From: Candidatus Dojkabacteria bacterium
GTDB taxonomy: Bacteria > Patescibacteriota > Dojkabacteria > GCA-002793355
Direction of reading: 5' to 3'
Length of the DNA: 64,000 bases
NCBI GenBank assembly: GCA_030583825.1
Contig: CP129477.1
Location: 10,259 to 74,258, forward strand
This document shows positions 17,633-26,605 of the stretch, in pieces; the stretch's first letter is position 1; every line of letters starts with the position of its first letter. Position numbers and translations under genes: made by a program. The notes below the pieces were generated by a model. The model did not search any database. It was not told the DNA's origin and saw only the letters and a list, made by a program, of their open reading frames with translations.

Positions 17633-19646
17633 ATCTATTTGTTAGCTCTGCTTTTTCAGCAAAGGCTTTTTCGCGCTCACCAAAAACAACATACGTTACT
17701 CCATATTTTTTCAATAAGGATTCTACGGTACTCGCATCTGCGCTGCGATACATGGTGTCAATATCAGTAACTCGCTCTGCAATCGGCATTTTTGCCGATT
17801 TCCTTGTATGAACAAGCAACCCGCTAGAATCATACCCACCATACCACTGAACGTTATGGAGTGGCCACCCTTGAATGCTGGTATGACCTGTATACGCCGA
17901 GATTCTCGCGTTATATGAATATGATTCATAGTCGGAAAACTCTAAAATGACAGCATAGTCTTTTTGCAGTAAAACATTAATAATCTCGCGGTCATCGTCA
18001 CGTGCTGTGTCAATGTATTTGTATCCGTCTTGATATTGAGCGTTGAAAAATCTATCGAGAGACGCGCCTATGAATTTTGGAGCCAGAAACTGTCCAATCG
18101 CAATAGAAGAGTACGCAATCATTGAAACACTAAAAAATAGTAGTACATTCATGTAGCCAAACTTCAAAAGCAACGACTTAAAGTGCTTCTCAAGCAAGGA
18201 CATTGTCACAATAAGCATAGAAAATAGTCCTCCGGTAAAGAGAATCCACGCATGGTAGTAAAACTTGAATACGGTATTTGTCCTGTTATACGGAGGGTTA
18301 AGAATATGAAAGATATCTTTTGCGTAGAAAATTTCTACAGCGACAATAAGTATTACACTTACAATTACCAATGTGAGACCTACAAGATATTTTCTCTTAA
18401 TTTGAATTTTGCCAATATATTGCCTGACAAAAAACATACCGAACACAAGTATACATGCGGCAACCATAAAGTGTGCGAATAACTCAAAATACTTTTCTAA
18501 TGGAGTAAAGGCAGTATTTATACCAATTCCTGCAACGGGAGGAAGAAACATTGTCCTTGAATACAAAAATACAGCGAGCGCTGGGATCGCTGTGCCGATA
18601 ATAATTGCTCCATATTTTTTTGCTAGCAAAAGTAGCTTCTTTATTTCTGCGAGTGATTTTGTCTCTAGCATGACAAAACCGATAGTTAACACAGCTCCAA
18701 CGATTGCAAGCGTTATAACATCCCAGGAGTTGATCAGATATAAAAATCCCAAAATAGTGCCCAGCAACAAGCCACCTCTTGCGAGTGATACTATTTTTTT
18801 TCTCTTTACCCAACTCCACAATACCAGCATAAAGTACAGTGCTGTTATGAAAAACGGTAAGGATAGATAGTGTCCATGTAAATCTCCTAAGATGATGGAA
18901 TATGCGGGAAATTCGTTAATAGTATAAGGAATAACGCGGGTTGCACTCGCAAACCAAGCGAACTCTTTTTTCTGAATATACAGTTCGTAAAACATAAAAT
19001 AGTTTCCGCCAAATGTAGCAGTAAGTGCAAACAAATACGTCCAAAACACATGCCTTGATATTCTAAAGATCAGCATCCAAATTGTCTGAAAAATCCACAC
19101 ACCAACTAATCCGATTGCAAGGTTGTAGCCGATATGGGTCGGAACACTTGAAAGTTTCTGCAGCATCGCAAGCAAATAGTGGCCAAGGTAATAATAATTC
19201 ATTAAGAAGCCAGAGAGCCACGGATTTTCAATTGGGAGTTTATCTTGCTTTAATATAGTTGTAATGAGCGCGACATCCATAAGTTTTTCAGTACCGAGAA
19301 TATCGGTTTTGAATGTTCGAATATACGCCAAGAATAAATATAAAAATAGCGAAAAAAGCGAGATCGCCAGGTAAAAGCGAATAGATTTTGAAGAAATAGG
19401 CACAAGCTTTTTTTGCTTACGCAAAATAAGAAGCGGAATAACGCTGAGCAGTGTAAAACATATGCAAAAGCTGTATGTCGCAGAAATAGAAAAAAGTGAT
19501 GCTACACCCCAGGCAACAAGCATCGTCACAACCATTCCAAAGAATTTATAGAAGATCAAAGAAAACCGTCTTTGTGCGACTAATGAGGCAACAGCATACC
19601 CAGGAATCAAGAATATTTCAGATGCTAGATAGAATAAAAAAATCAT
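17562..19646 (-). CDS. Large polytopic membrane protein with a YYY motif (DUF2298 / Chlor_Arch_YYY-like); putative GT-C-type glycosyltransferase.
   Basis: 694 aa with more than 12 TM helices, NPWLSGFLMNYYYLGHY, and a soluble C-terminal domain. Confidence 0.4.
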   Translation of the reverse strand: MIFLFYLASEIFLIPGYAVASLVAQRRFSLIFYKFFGMVVTMLVAWGVASLFSISATYSFCICFTLLSVIPLLILRKQKKLVPISSKSIRFYLAISLFSLFLYLFLAYIRTFKTDILGTEKLMDVALITTILKQDKLPIENPWLSGFLMNYYYLGHYLLAMLQKLSSVPTHIGYNLAIGLVGVWIFQTIWMLIFRISRHVFWTYLFALTATFGGNYFMFYELYIQKKEFAWFASATRVIPYTINEFPAYSIILGDLHGHYLSLPFFITALYFMLVLWSWVKRKKIVSLARGGLLLGTILGFLYLINSWDVITLAIVGAVLTIGFVMLETKSLAEIKKLLLLAKKYGAIIIGTAIPALAVFLYSRTMFLPPVAGIGINTAFTPLEKYFELFAHFMVAACILVFGMFFVRQYIGKIQIKRKYLVGLTLVIVSVILIVAVEIFYAKDIFHILNPPYNRTNTVFKFYYHAWILFTGGLFSMLIVTMSLLEKHFKSLLLKFGYMNVLLFFSVSMIAYSSIAIGQFLAPKFIGASLDRFFNAQYQDGYKYIDTARDDDREIINVLLQKDYAVILEFSDYESYSYNARISAYTGHTSIQGWPLHNVQWYGGYDSSGLLVHTRKSAKMPIAERVTDIDTMYRSADASTVESLLKKYGVTYVVFGEREKAFAEKAELTNRFAVYDNLCSIIWSKNDSRIYQCK

Positions 19647-19708
19647 GCTACGATGTTATAAGTAACAACCTAATTATATAGTACTTTTTAACATATCTGA
19701 AATTCAGT

Positions 19709-21064
19709 ATGGATACACTGCTCCACCTGCTTCTTTCTATTTTTCTCGGGGTTATTGTCGGCATTGACCGCGATGAAAGCTGGAGAGAAAAGAAAACACT
19801 CGCCCATTCTCGATTCACTTTTATAAAGCCCGGAACACCTGCAAGAGGATTAGGTGGCGTACGAACATTCACGCTTATTTCCATTCTTGGATTTTTATCA
19901 GGATATAGTTTCTTTGTTGATAAAGGTTTTATTTATTTTGGTGTCGCAGCATTTGCCGCCATCATTTTACTTATTGTGTGCGCATACGCACTCAATTATT
20001 TGGGCAGCAACACACTTGGACTCACAACAGAAATCTCCATTTTTATCTTGTTCGTTCTCACATTTTTGATGGGAGCACACCTCATTGATATAAAAATCGC
20101 TCTGGGAATCGGCGTGATCATTTCTCTGATTCTTTCTTTGAAGATTGAACTACGCAAAGCAGTCGCGAGTTTTACAAAACGTGAGATTATCGAAAGCCTC
20201 GAGTTTGTATTAATGACAGCCGTTATTTTTCCGTGGCTGCCCGATGTAGACATTACGCTTTCCAGAATCTTCTCACTATTTGAGTACTCCAACCCCACAT
20301 ATAACGACATCATTTTGTTTAACCCGAAAAGCCTGTGGCTTGTTGTCATCTTTGTTACAACATTGAACTTTATTGGCTACTTCCTTGTAAAGATCTTTAA
20401 AAGCAGTAAAAGCCTTCTTCTCACCGGACTTCTTGGAGGAATTGTCTCTAGCACGACAGTTACACAGCTTATGGCAATGAAAAGTAAGGAAACAGAAAGC
20501 AAGGATACAAGAAATTTATTGGTTGCAACAGCGCTTCTTGCCAACTCGACAAGCTTCATTCGTATTCCTATTTTGACTTTGGCTCTAAATAAAGATCTTT
20601 TTGGCGTGATTCTCATTAGCATGGTTGCAATGACAATTATCGGCTTTGCTGTGAGCCTTATTTCAGTACGAAAGAATAATGACTCAGTCGAGGCAGGTAT
20701 TTTGTATAAGTCTCCGCTTGCTCTAAAGTCTGCACTTATTTTTGCTGCATTATTCGTTTCTGTCCAAATACTCACCCAGTTTGGATTAATTCTTTTTGGA
20801 AAAACCGGTTTTGTATTTAGCACGTTACTTGCTTCTGCGTCTGGTCTTGATGCTGTTGCAATTAACACGGCAAATGCCATTCCAGGACTTGTTGGGCTTG
20901 AATTTGGAGCTCTGACACTTATGGGAGCTGTTGTCGTCAACCTTATATTCAAGTTGATCATGACACTTTTCATCGGAAATGAGTATTTTAACAAGCGATT
21001 AAGCCTTTATTTTGCAGGAATAATCGCGGCAGGTATTTTCTCCCTCATCTTCATGATTGTATAA
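19709..21064 (+). CDS. MgtC/SapB-family N-terminal domain fused to a DUF4010-like membrane domain.
   Basis: LLSIFLGVIVGIDRDE...GGVRTFTLISILG is MgtC-like, followed by about 8 further TM helices. Confidence 0.5.
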   Translation: MDTLLHLLLSIFLGVIVGIDRDESWREKKTLAHSRFTFIKPGTPARGLGGVRTFTLISILGFLSGYSFFVDKGFIYFGVAAFAAIILLIVCAYALNYLGSNTLGLTTEISIFILFVLTFLMGAHLIDIKIALGIGVIISLILSLKIELRKAVASFTKREIIESLEFVLMTAVIFPWLPDVDITLSRIFSLFEYSNPTYNDIILFNPKSLWLVVIFVTTLNFIGYFLVKIFKSSKSLLLTGLLGGIVSSTTVTQLMAMKSKETESKDTRNLLVATALLANSTSFIRIPILTLALNKDLFGVILISMVAMTIIGFAVSLISVRKNNDSVEAGILYKSPLALKSALIFAALFVSVQILTQFGLILFGKTGFVFSTLLASASGLDAVAINTANAIPGLVGLEFGALTLMGAVVVNLIFKLIMTLFIGNEYFNKRLSLYFAGIIAAGIFSLIFMIV

Positions 21065-21071
21065 TACAGTC

Positions 21072-21917
21072 ATGATTGACTCTCACGCGCATATTAGCTT
21101 TGATTTTCCGCCCTCTTATACTGACGCAGTTATCGCAAGCTTTGTTAAACAGGGTGGGAAACACATTGTTGATATTGTTACCGAAATAAAAGAGCTGCAA
21201 TCAACATTAGATACATTCCAGCGTAATCCAGAGACAATGTCCTACTGTATCGGCATTCATCCTGAACGTGCGTACGCTGATACTTCGCGTTCTCTTAGCG
21301 AGCAATTAAAGACACTTAGCGTAGAACTTGCCCAGATGAAAGAACTCGCTAATAACGGTTTAAAAGGAATTGGGGAAGCAGGTTTTGATATATATCGTTG
21401 TGAAGAATCACAAATAAATAAAACCATTGAATTGCAGAAAGAACTACTCGACGCCCACATGGAGCTTGCAGAAAAATTTATGCTTCCGATCGTTATTCAC
21501 GCTCGAGGCCGAGATATTAGTGATATGACAATGCATGAATACACTGTTGAGTATTTTAGAAAAAGAGGAAACAAAGTCCCCATCTACTTTCACAGCTTTG
21601 GCGGCAGCAAAGAATTAATGGGAAAAATGCTCGATATCGGAGGGTACATTGGAATAAATGGCATTATTTCATATTCAGGAAGTACTCTCCTTAAAGAGGC
21701 ATTGCAATTTGTTCCAGCCGATAGATATGTGCTAGAAACAGATTCCCCATTTCTTATCCCAAGCAATGCAGATAGAAACCTCCTGCAAGATAAAACTAAA
21801 AACGAGCCGTTAAGCGTGTACTGGATTGCAAAGATAGTTGCCAAAATAACTGGTAAAGAATTTGACCAAGTAATTACTGAAACAACTAATAACGCAAAAC
21901 GGCTATTTTCTTTGTAA
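21072..21917 (+). CDS. tatD: TatD-family metal-dependent DNase/hydrolase.
   Basis: MIDSHAHISFDF (HxH), IGEAGFD, IVIHAR and a C-terminal ETDSPFL. The longest ORF starts at 21057; the likely start is the Met at 21072. Confidence 0.8.
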   Translation: MIDSHAHISFDFPPSYTDAVIASFVKQGGKHIVDIVTEIKELQSTLDTFQRNPETMSYCIGIHPERAYADTSRSLSEQLKTLSVELAQMKELANNGLKGIGEAGFDIYRCEESQINKTIELQKELLDAHMELAEKFMLPIVIHARGRDISDMTMHEYTVEYFRKRGNKVPIYFHSFGGSKELMGKMLDIGGYIGINGIISYSGSTLLKEALQFVPADRYVLETDSPFLIPSNADRNLLQDKTKNEPLSVYWIAKIVAKITGKEFDQVITETTNNAKRLFSL

Positions 21918-21951
21918 TTTTCTCTTCACAATTCATCATTAGAATTGTAGT

Positions 21952-22686
21952 ATGAGCAAACTAAAAGGCATTTCAAATATTACTCACCCTATCATTCAAA
22001 CAATGCTGCCGTTGCAGCTAAAACAGCATGATATTCATTTAGGATTTCATTCGTACATACAAGAAATTACCGCAGATGAAACAGACTTTCTTCTTATTGA
22101 TGGCGAACGATTACTTACAGCATCTACAGAAACATCCGCAATAAAATTGCTTATTGAAGAGAAGAAACCCGTGTATGCACTCATAATGCGCAAAGACTAC
22201 AAAACCAAATTAAAACTATTAAATGAAAAATGCTGTGATTGTTTTGAATTCCCTATTGTGTCAGATGTCATTGCTAAGACTCTTCGAAACCAACTATTAC
22301 TCTACTCTCAGCAAAAAGTAAGCTCAGGGTATCTTTCAGAGCCGGAAACGCTGTACCACGTTCATGGAGAACAGGGATTACGCAAATTTAATATAGAATT
22401 TCTTCCGGCACAAAAGAAGCGATGGTTTCTTCGTTACAAAGATCAGGCACACCATGTATCCGTATATGAAAAACGAATTATTAGCTATATGCTTGATAGC
22501 AACAAAGTTGCCTCAAAACGTGAACTGGCATTCATTGCGTGGAATACATTTGACGTTCGGGATAATACTATTGTTGCAGCAGTCATGAAAATTCGAATGC
22601 TATTTCATAGACTAAAAATTCCAATAGCGATTAAAAATCTTTATGGTTATGGGTATTCTATGCAGCCGACCGAGCCTTCGGAGTGA
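21952..22686 (+). CDS. Atypical OmpR/PhoB-type winged-helix transcriptional regulator with a degenerate receiver-like N-terminus.
   Basis: C-terminal RIISYMLDSNKVASKRELAFIAWN...DNTIVAAVMKIRMLFHRL...YGYGYSM matches the trans_reg_C pattern (LTxxE..L..vW......vdvhi.rLRkKl..i.tvrGvGY). The N-terminus is receiver-like without a clear phospho-Asp. Confidence 0.5.
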   Translation: MSKLKGISNITHPIIQTMLPLQLKQHDIHLGFHSYIQEITADETDFLLIDGERLLTASTETSAIKLLIEEKKPVYALIMRKDYKTKLKLLNEKCCDCFEFPIVSDVIAKTLRNQLLLYSQQKVSSGYLSEPETLYHVHGEQGLRKFNIEFLPAQKKRWFLRYKDQAHHVSVYEKRIISYMLDSNKVASKRELAFIAWNTFDVRDNTIVAAVMKIRMLFHRLKIPIAIKNLYGYGYSMQPTEPSE

Positions 22687-24268
22687 CCATATGCTCTTTT
22701 TTCATTTTACCCATCATCATTTCAAGCTGAGCTTGAATATATGGCAAAAAATTAAAAGTAAGCATAGTAATTGTCAACAGAATTTGCTCAAAGAAGTGCC
22801 AGAGGAAAAAGAAGAAACCTTTTTCTTTTGGAGGAGATCCATACAGTTCTTCAAGGATAAAGCGTGATGGGAATAAACCAACAAGTGAAAAAGTGAGAAG
22901 ATAACTGATTACTCGCGGCAAAACGTGCGCAATGCCGAGAAGTCCAAAATCTCGATTCATTAACGCAATTAATGGAATACCGAAGGTTAGCAAAAAGGCA
23001 ATTGTTACCCAAATATTATAAACCTGGAAAAGATTCATAATACTGCCTAATCTTTCAAGTGGAGGTATTCGATTGTTGCGCAATAATCCCTGCAAGGTCA
23101 TAGGAAAGACAATAACTCCCCATCCCCAACGGTGAAGCTGTTTATATTGAGCAACATGAGTTTTTACTAAATCACCGGCATGAACAGCATCCATATATGT
23201 TGGAACATAAAATTCTTCTCCACGGAAACGCCCATCTAAGTGTAAGTAAGCATTCCAATAAAACGACGTGTCATCAACACCGATTCGAGGATCCCAGTAG
23301 TCAATGCGGTCAAGAAGGTGGAGGTTAAAACTATAGCAGGAGAAGCTTTGCTTTGTATTTTTAGCTGTGATCCATTCAGACATTGTTGCAAGCGTAATTG
23401 AGCTTGAAATAACACGCATCAAAACAGGAACGCTCCAATAGTTATTCGAATACAACATTATTGCAGGAGAAAAGAAGCAGTGGTATCTATCTTGAGTTGC
23501 AAGATATTTAAATGTTAATGCTGACAAAAACTTAGGATGTACTTTTAGGTCTGAATCATACTTTGTAACGAGAAAGTTTTCAATTTCATATCCTTCCTTA
23601 GAGATTTCAGAAACAAAAGCACGTGCGGCAAAACGTAGGTTTGCTCCGGCAATTCCTTTAACTTCACCAGGAATATCTTTAGGGTGAATATAATATCGAA
23701 GAGACTTAAAAGACTTTCCAAATTCTGCCTGTAATTTCTTTGCATTTTCTTCGGCTTCCGGGCCACCACTTTCTTCTACAGCAAGAACTACAAATACTTT
23801 ATTTTTGTTATCGTATTCTGAGTCTGCAAGCGCTTTCACCGTTGCTGACAATGTTTCATAGTCTTCCTTGTAAAAAGGAATCATCACAACGTGAAAAAAG
23901 TCTTTATATGATTTTGGAAGATAGTCAGATGCGAGATCTTGCTCAAATGAAAGCTTTTCTATTTTATCGTTCCAATCGGTCGCAAGCGTTTTTTGCATGC
24001 GGGAAAATGCGATAAAATTGCCAACACTCGACATAACACTTTTAAAAACCCAAAAAACGGCAAGAAATGTGATGTAATACAATACTAATTGAGGAAATCC
24101 AAACAAAGACGCCCAAATAGGAGATGAAAGCAAGAATATTGTAATGACCCCAGGAACAATGCTTAACACTTTAAAGCTCCAAGAATTCAGGTCGTATACC
24201 TTTTTATATATATTTTCCGACATACCGCATGTAATTATACCTTGATTGACAAAAACTCTCAAATACAT
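22658..24268 (-). CDS. Family-2 glycosyltransferase, processive type (cellulose/chitin-synthase-like), membrane-integral.
   Basis: 536 aa with N- and C-terminal TM helices, DSD (DxD), and QLHRWGWG (the Q(Q/R)xRW motif). Confidence 0.6.
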   Translation of the reverse strand: MYLRVFVNQGIITCGMSENIYKKVYDLNSWSFKVLSIVPGVITIFLLSSPIWASLFGFPQLVLYYITFLAVFWVFKSVMSSVGNFIAFSRMQKTLATDWNDKIEKLSFEQDLASDYLPKSYKDFFHVVMIPFYKEDYETLSATVKALADSEYDNKNKVFVVLAVEESGGPEAEENAKKLQAEFGKSFKSLRYYIHPKDIPGEVKGIAGANLRFAARAFVSEISKEGYEIENFLVTKYDSDLKVHPKFLSALTFKYLATQDRYHCFFSPAIMLYSNNYWSVPVLMRVISSSITLATMSEWITAKNTKQSFSCYSFNLHLLDRIDYWDPRIGVDDTSFYWNAYLHLDGRFRGEEFYVPTYMDAVHAGDLVKTHVAQYKQLHRWGWGVIVFPMTLQGLLRNNRIPPLERLGSIMNLFQVYNIWVTIAFLLTFGIPLIALMNRDFGLLGIAHVLPRVISYLLTFSLVGLFPSRFILEELYGSPPKEKGFFFFLWHFFEQILLTITMLTFNFLPYIQAQLEMMMGKMKKEHMVTPKARSAA

Positions 24269-24318
24269 TAGATTTCCTTAAGGAAACCTACTTTAATTAT
24301 AAACAGCTGCCCGCTTTC

Positions 24319-26529
24319 ATGGAGAGTATTATTTTTTACCAAGATATTGGTGAAAATTCAGTGTCTTTTAGAGAGGAACATCTCGGTCGAAAAGGATTAA
24401 GTCTTGCATTGCTTACGAAGTTCAAATTACCCGTTCCTCCGTTTTTCATTATACCCACCGGGGTATTCAAAGACTACATTTCCCGTATATCAAAGAATGT
24501 AAATATTGGAACAATTGAAGAATTACGCAAAGAAGTTGTTTCTACCCCATTGCCACCAGAATATCACGATAGTATCGCAGATTCTTATCGCAAACTTTCA
24601 GGTTTTGGCAAAGCTTGGGTTGCTGTGCGTGGCTCAATTAGTGCTCCAAAGCATCCCAATATTTCTTTTTCAGGACAATTAGATACTTTTTTGAATATTC
24701 GTGACGTTAATGAAATTGAGCTTGCAATCAAAGAGATTTACGCATCGCTTTTTAATGAAAGTGTCTACGAATACTTGAGAAAGAATAATGTTCCTTATAG
24801 CGATGTTTCCGTCAGTATCATTGTGCAAAAAATGATTCAATCTGAAGTATCAGGAATCATGTATACATTTGATCCAATCACAATGAACCGAAATAATGTT
24901 TCGATTGAAGCAGTTTTCGGACTTGGAGACGTATTGAATGACGGAACAATTAATCCTGACATTTATGTTGTTTCAAAGAATTCATACGAAGTTGTTGAAA
25001 AGAAAATTGTGCCACAAGAATGGATGAAAGTTCGCCGTATTGGTGACATCTCTTCGCTAGAACATGTACAAAAAATTAAAATTTCGAAAGTTTGGCAATA
25101 TTCACAAAAACTTGATGAAAACCTTATTAAGGATCTTGCGAATGTTGGAAGCCGCGTAGAATCTATTATTGATCCTTTCCAAATTGTCGAATGGACAATG
25201 GAAGGTGGAAATATTTGGATATTACAAATTAAAGCAGTTTCTACGAAACTGCTTTCCGAAGACAAACTTCCGACTCAGGATCAGCGAATTTCTACAATGG
25301 AAGTTGAGCAAAAAAGTGCAAGAATTGACGAGTCATTACAAGAACCTGTACCGGAAATAAAAAAGAGGAAGAAGAGTGCCGAAATTCAGGAGACATTGCT
25401 CTTCCTTGGAAATGCAGCAAGTCCCGGAACCGCATATGGACGTGCACTTGTTCTTTCAGCAGAAGTATTAAAGCAGGATATGCTTTTAGAAGAATTACTC
25501 GCAGAAGCGACCAAGGAAACAATTCTTGTTACAGAAGAGTTTTCAAGCAAACTAGAGCCATTTTTCTACAAAATAGGTGGTGTTATCACAAACTACGGCG
25601 GAATCAATAGTGATGCTGCAATTACATCCCGCGAGCTGAATCTTCCGGCAATTGTAGGAACACGTATTGCAACTGTCTTTATTCAGAATGGCACATTATT
25701 AAAGATTGATGGAGCGTCCGGCACTGTATATAGAATTGACGCGCTTCCTGAAATTGAAGGAGACGGATCACATACAAAAAAGGCTCCTTCTTTATCAAAA
25801 GCATCACGAGAAGCGAGTCAGGTAACAACAAATGAATACTCGCTACCGACGAAAAGTAGGTTGAGTGATGCACCAGAAAATGACGTCTTTAAGCTTTTTG
25901 TACCAAACTATTTGGGTAACTCACACTACCTTCTCGTAGATGACCAGTCAAAGGCTGATCCGGATCTTGATTACTCTGGAGTTTTGGTAAACGTTAAAGA
26001 AATCACAGCAGCAAGTTCCAAGAAATTTAAAAAGTTAAAGCATAATATCTCCGGTGCACTATATCTTGTCTTAGAAGATAATGCATCAGTTGATTCAGTT
26101 ATGGAGAAAAAGAGAAAACTTTCTGCATATAACCTGCGACGCTCAAGAAAAATTAGAATCATTCTCGAAGTCGGTTCTTTCTTTACTCTTTTAAATCTTG
26201 AACGATTTATCGGCTTAAATATTGATGGATTTGTCTTTAATCTCGAAAAACTGAGTGCAACGTACGGTAATGGAGCAACAACAATTGATGACAATTTGCT
26301 GCTCTTGCTTCAATCAAATATTCAAAAAGTAAAGCAGCAACAACTTCACATTCTTGCTTGCGCAATTCCGTCCGAGTTTATTACAACACCATTATCAAAA
26401 GAGATTATCTCCATCGCCAAATCAGGATGTAATTCGATTATCGTCAATAGCGGCAAGAAATCCGTCTCCAACGATACAATAGTCGAATTCTCAAGCGCAT
26501 ACCAATCTGCAATTCTCACAAAAGAATAA
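24319..26529 (+). CDS. PEP synthase / pyruvate phosphate dikinase-like three-domain protein. The phospho-carrier His is replaced by Asp.
   Basis: A PPDK_N ATP-grasp domain (VAVRGSISAPKHPNISFSGQLDTFLNIRD...SEVSGIMYTFDP). A PEP-utilisers swivel domain GNAASPGTAYGRALV...TNYGGINSDAAITSRELNLPAIVGT (canonical GGRTSHAAIIARELGIPAVVG). A divergent C-terminal region of about 270 aa. Confidence 0.6.
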   Translation: MESIIFYQDIGENSVSFREEHLGRKGLSLALLTKFKLPVPPFFIIPTGVFKDYISRISKNVNIGTIEELRKEVVSTPLPPEYHDSIADSYRKLSGFGKAWVAVRGSISAPKHPNISFSGQLDTFLNIRDVNEIELAIKEIYASLFNESVYEYLRKNNVPYSDVSVSIIVQKMIQSEVSGIMYTFDPITMNRNNVSIEAVFGLGDVLNDGTINPDIYVVSKNSYEVVEKKIVPQEWMKVRRIGDISSLEHVQKIKISKVWQYSQKLDENLIKDLANVGSRVESIIDPFQIVEWTMEGGNIWILQIKAVSTKLLSEDKLPTQDQRISTMEVEQKSARIDESLQEPVPEIKKRKKSAEIQETLLFLGNAASPGTAYGRALVLSAEVLKQDMLLEELLAEATKETILVTEEFSSKLEPFFYKIGGVITNYGGINSDAAITSRELNLPAIVGTRIATVFIQNGTLLKIDGASGTVYRIDALPEIEGDGSHTKKAPSLSKASREASQVTTNEYSLPTKSRLSDAPENDVFKLFVPNYLGNSHYLLVDDQSKADPDLDYSGVLVNVKEITAASSKKFKKLKHNISGALYLVLEDNASVDSVMEKKRKLSAYNLRRSRKIRIILEVGSFFTLLNLERFIGLNIDGFVFNLEKLSATYGNGATTIDDNLLLLLQSNIQKVKQQQLHILACAIPSEFITTPLSKEIISIAKSGCNSIIVNSGKKSVSNDTIVEFSSAYQSAILTKE

Positions 26530-26605
26530 GGCTTTCGGACACTTGTAGTAGGCTCAAAATTTTGTACCTTGTTGTGTATGCATTCTTTGCGTAGTAAAAT
26601 CAGTC

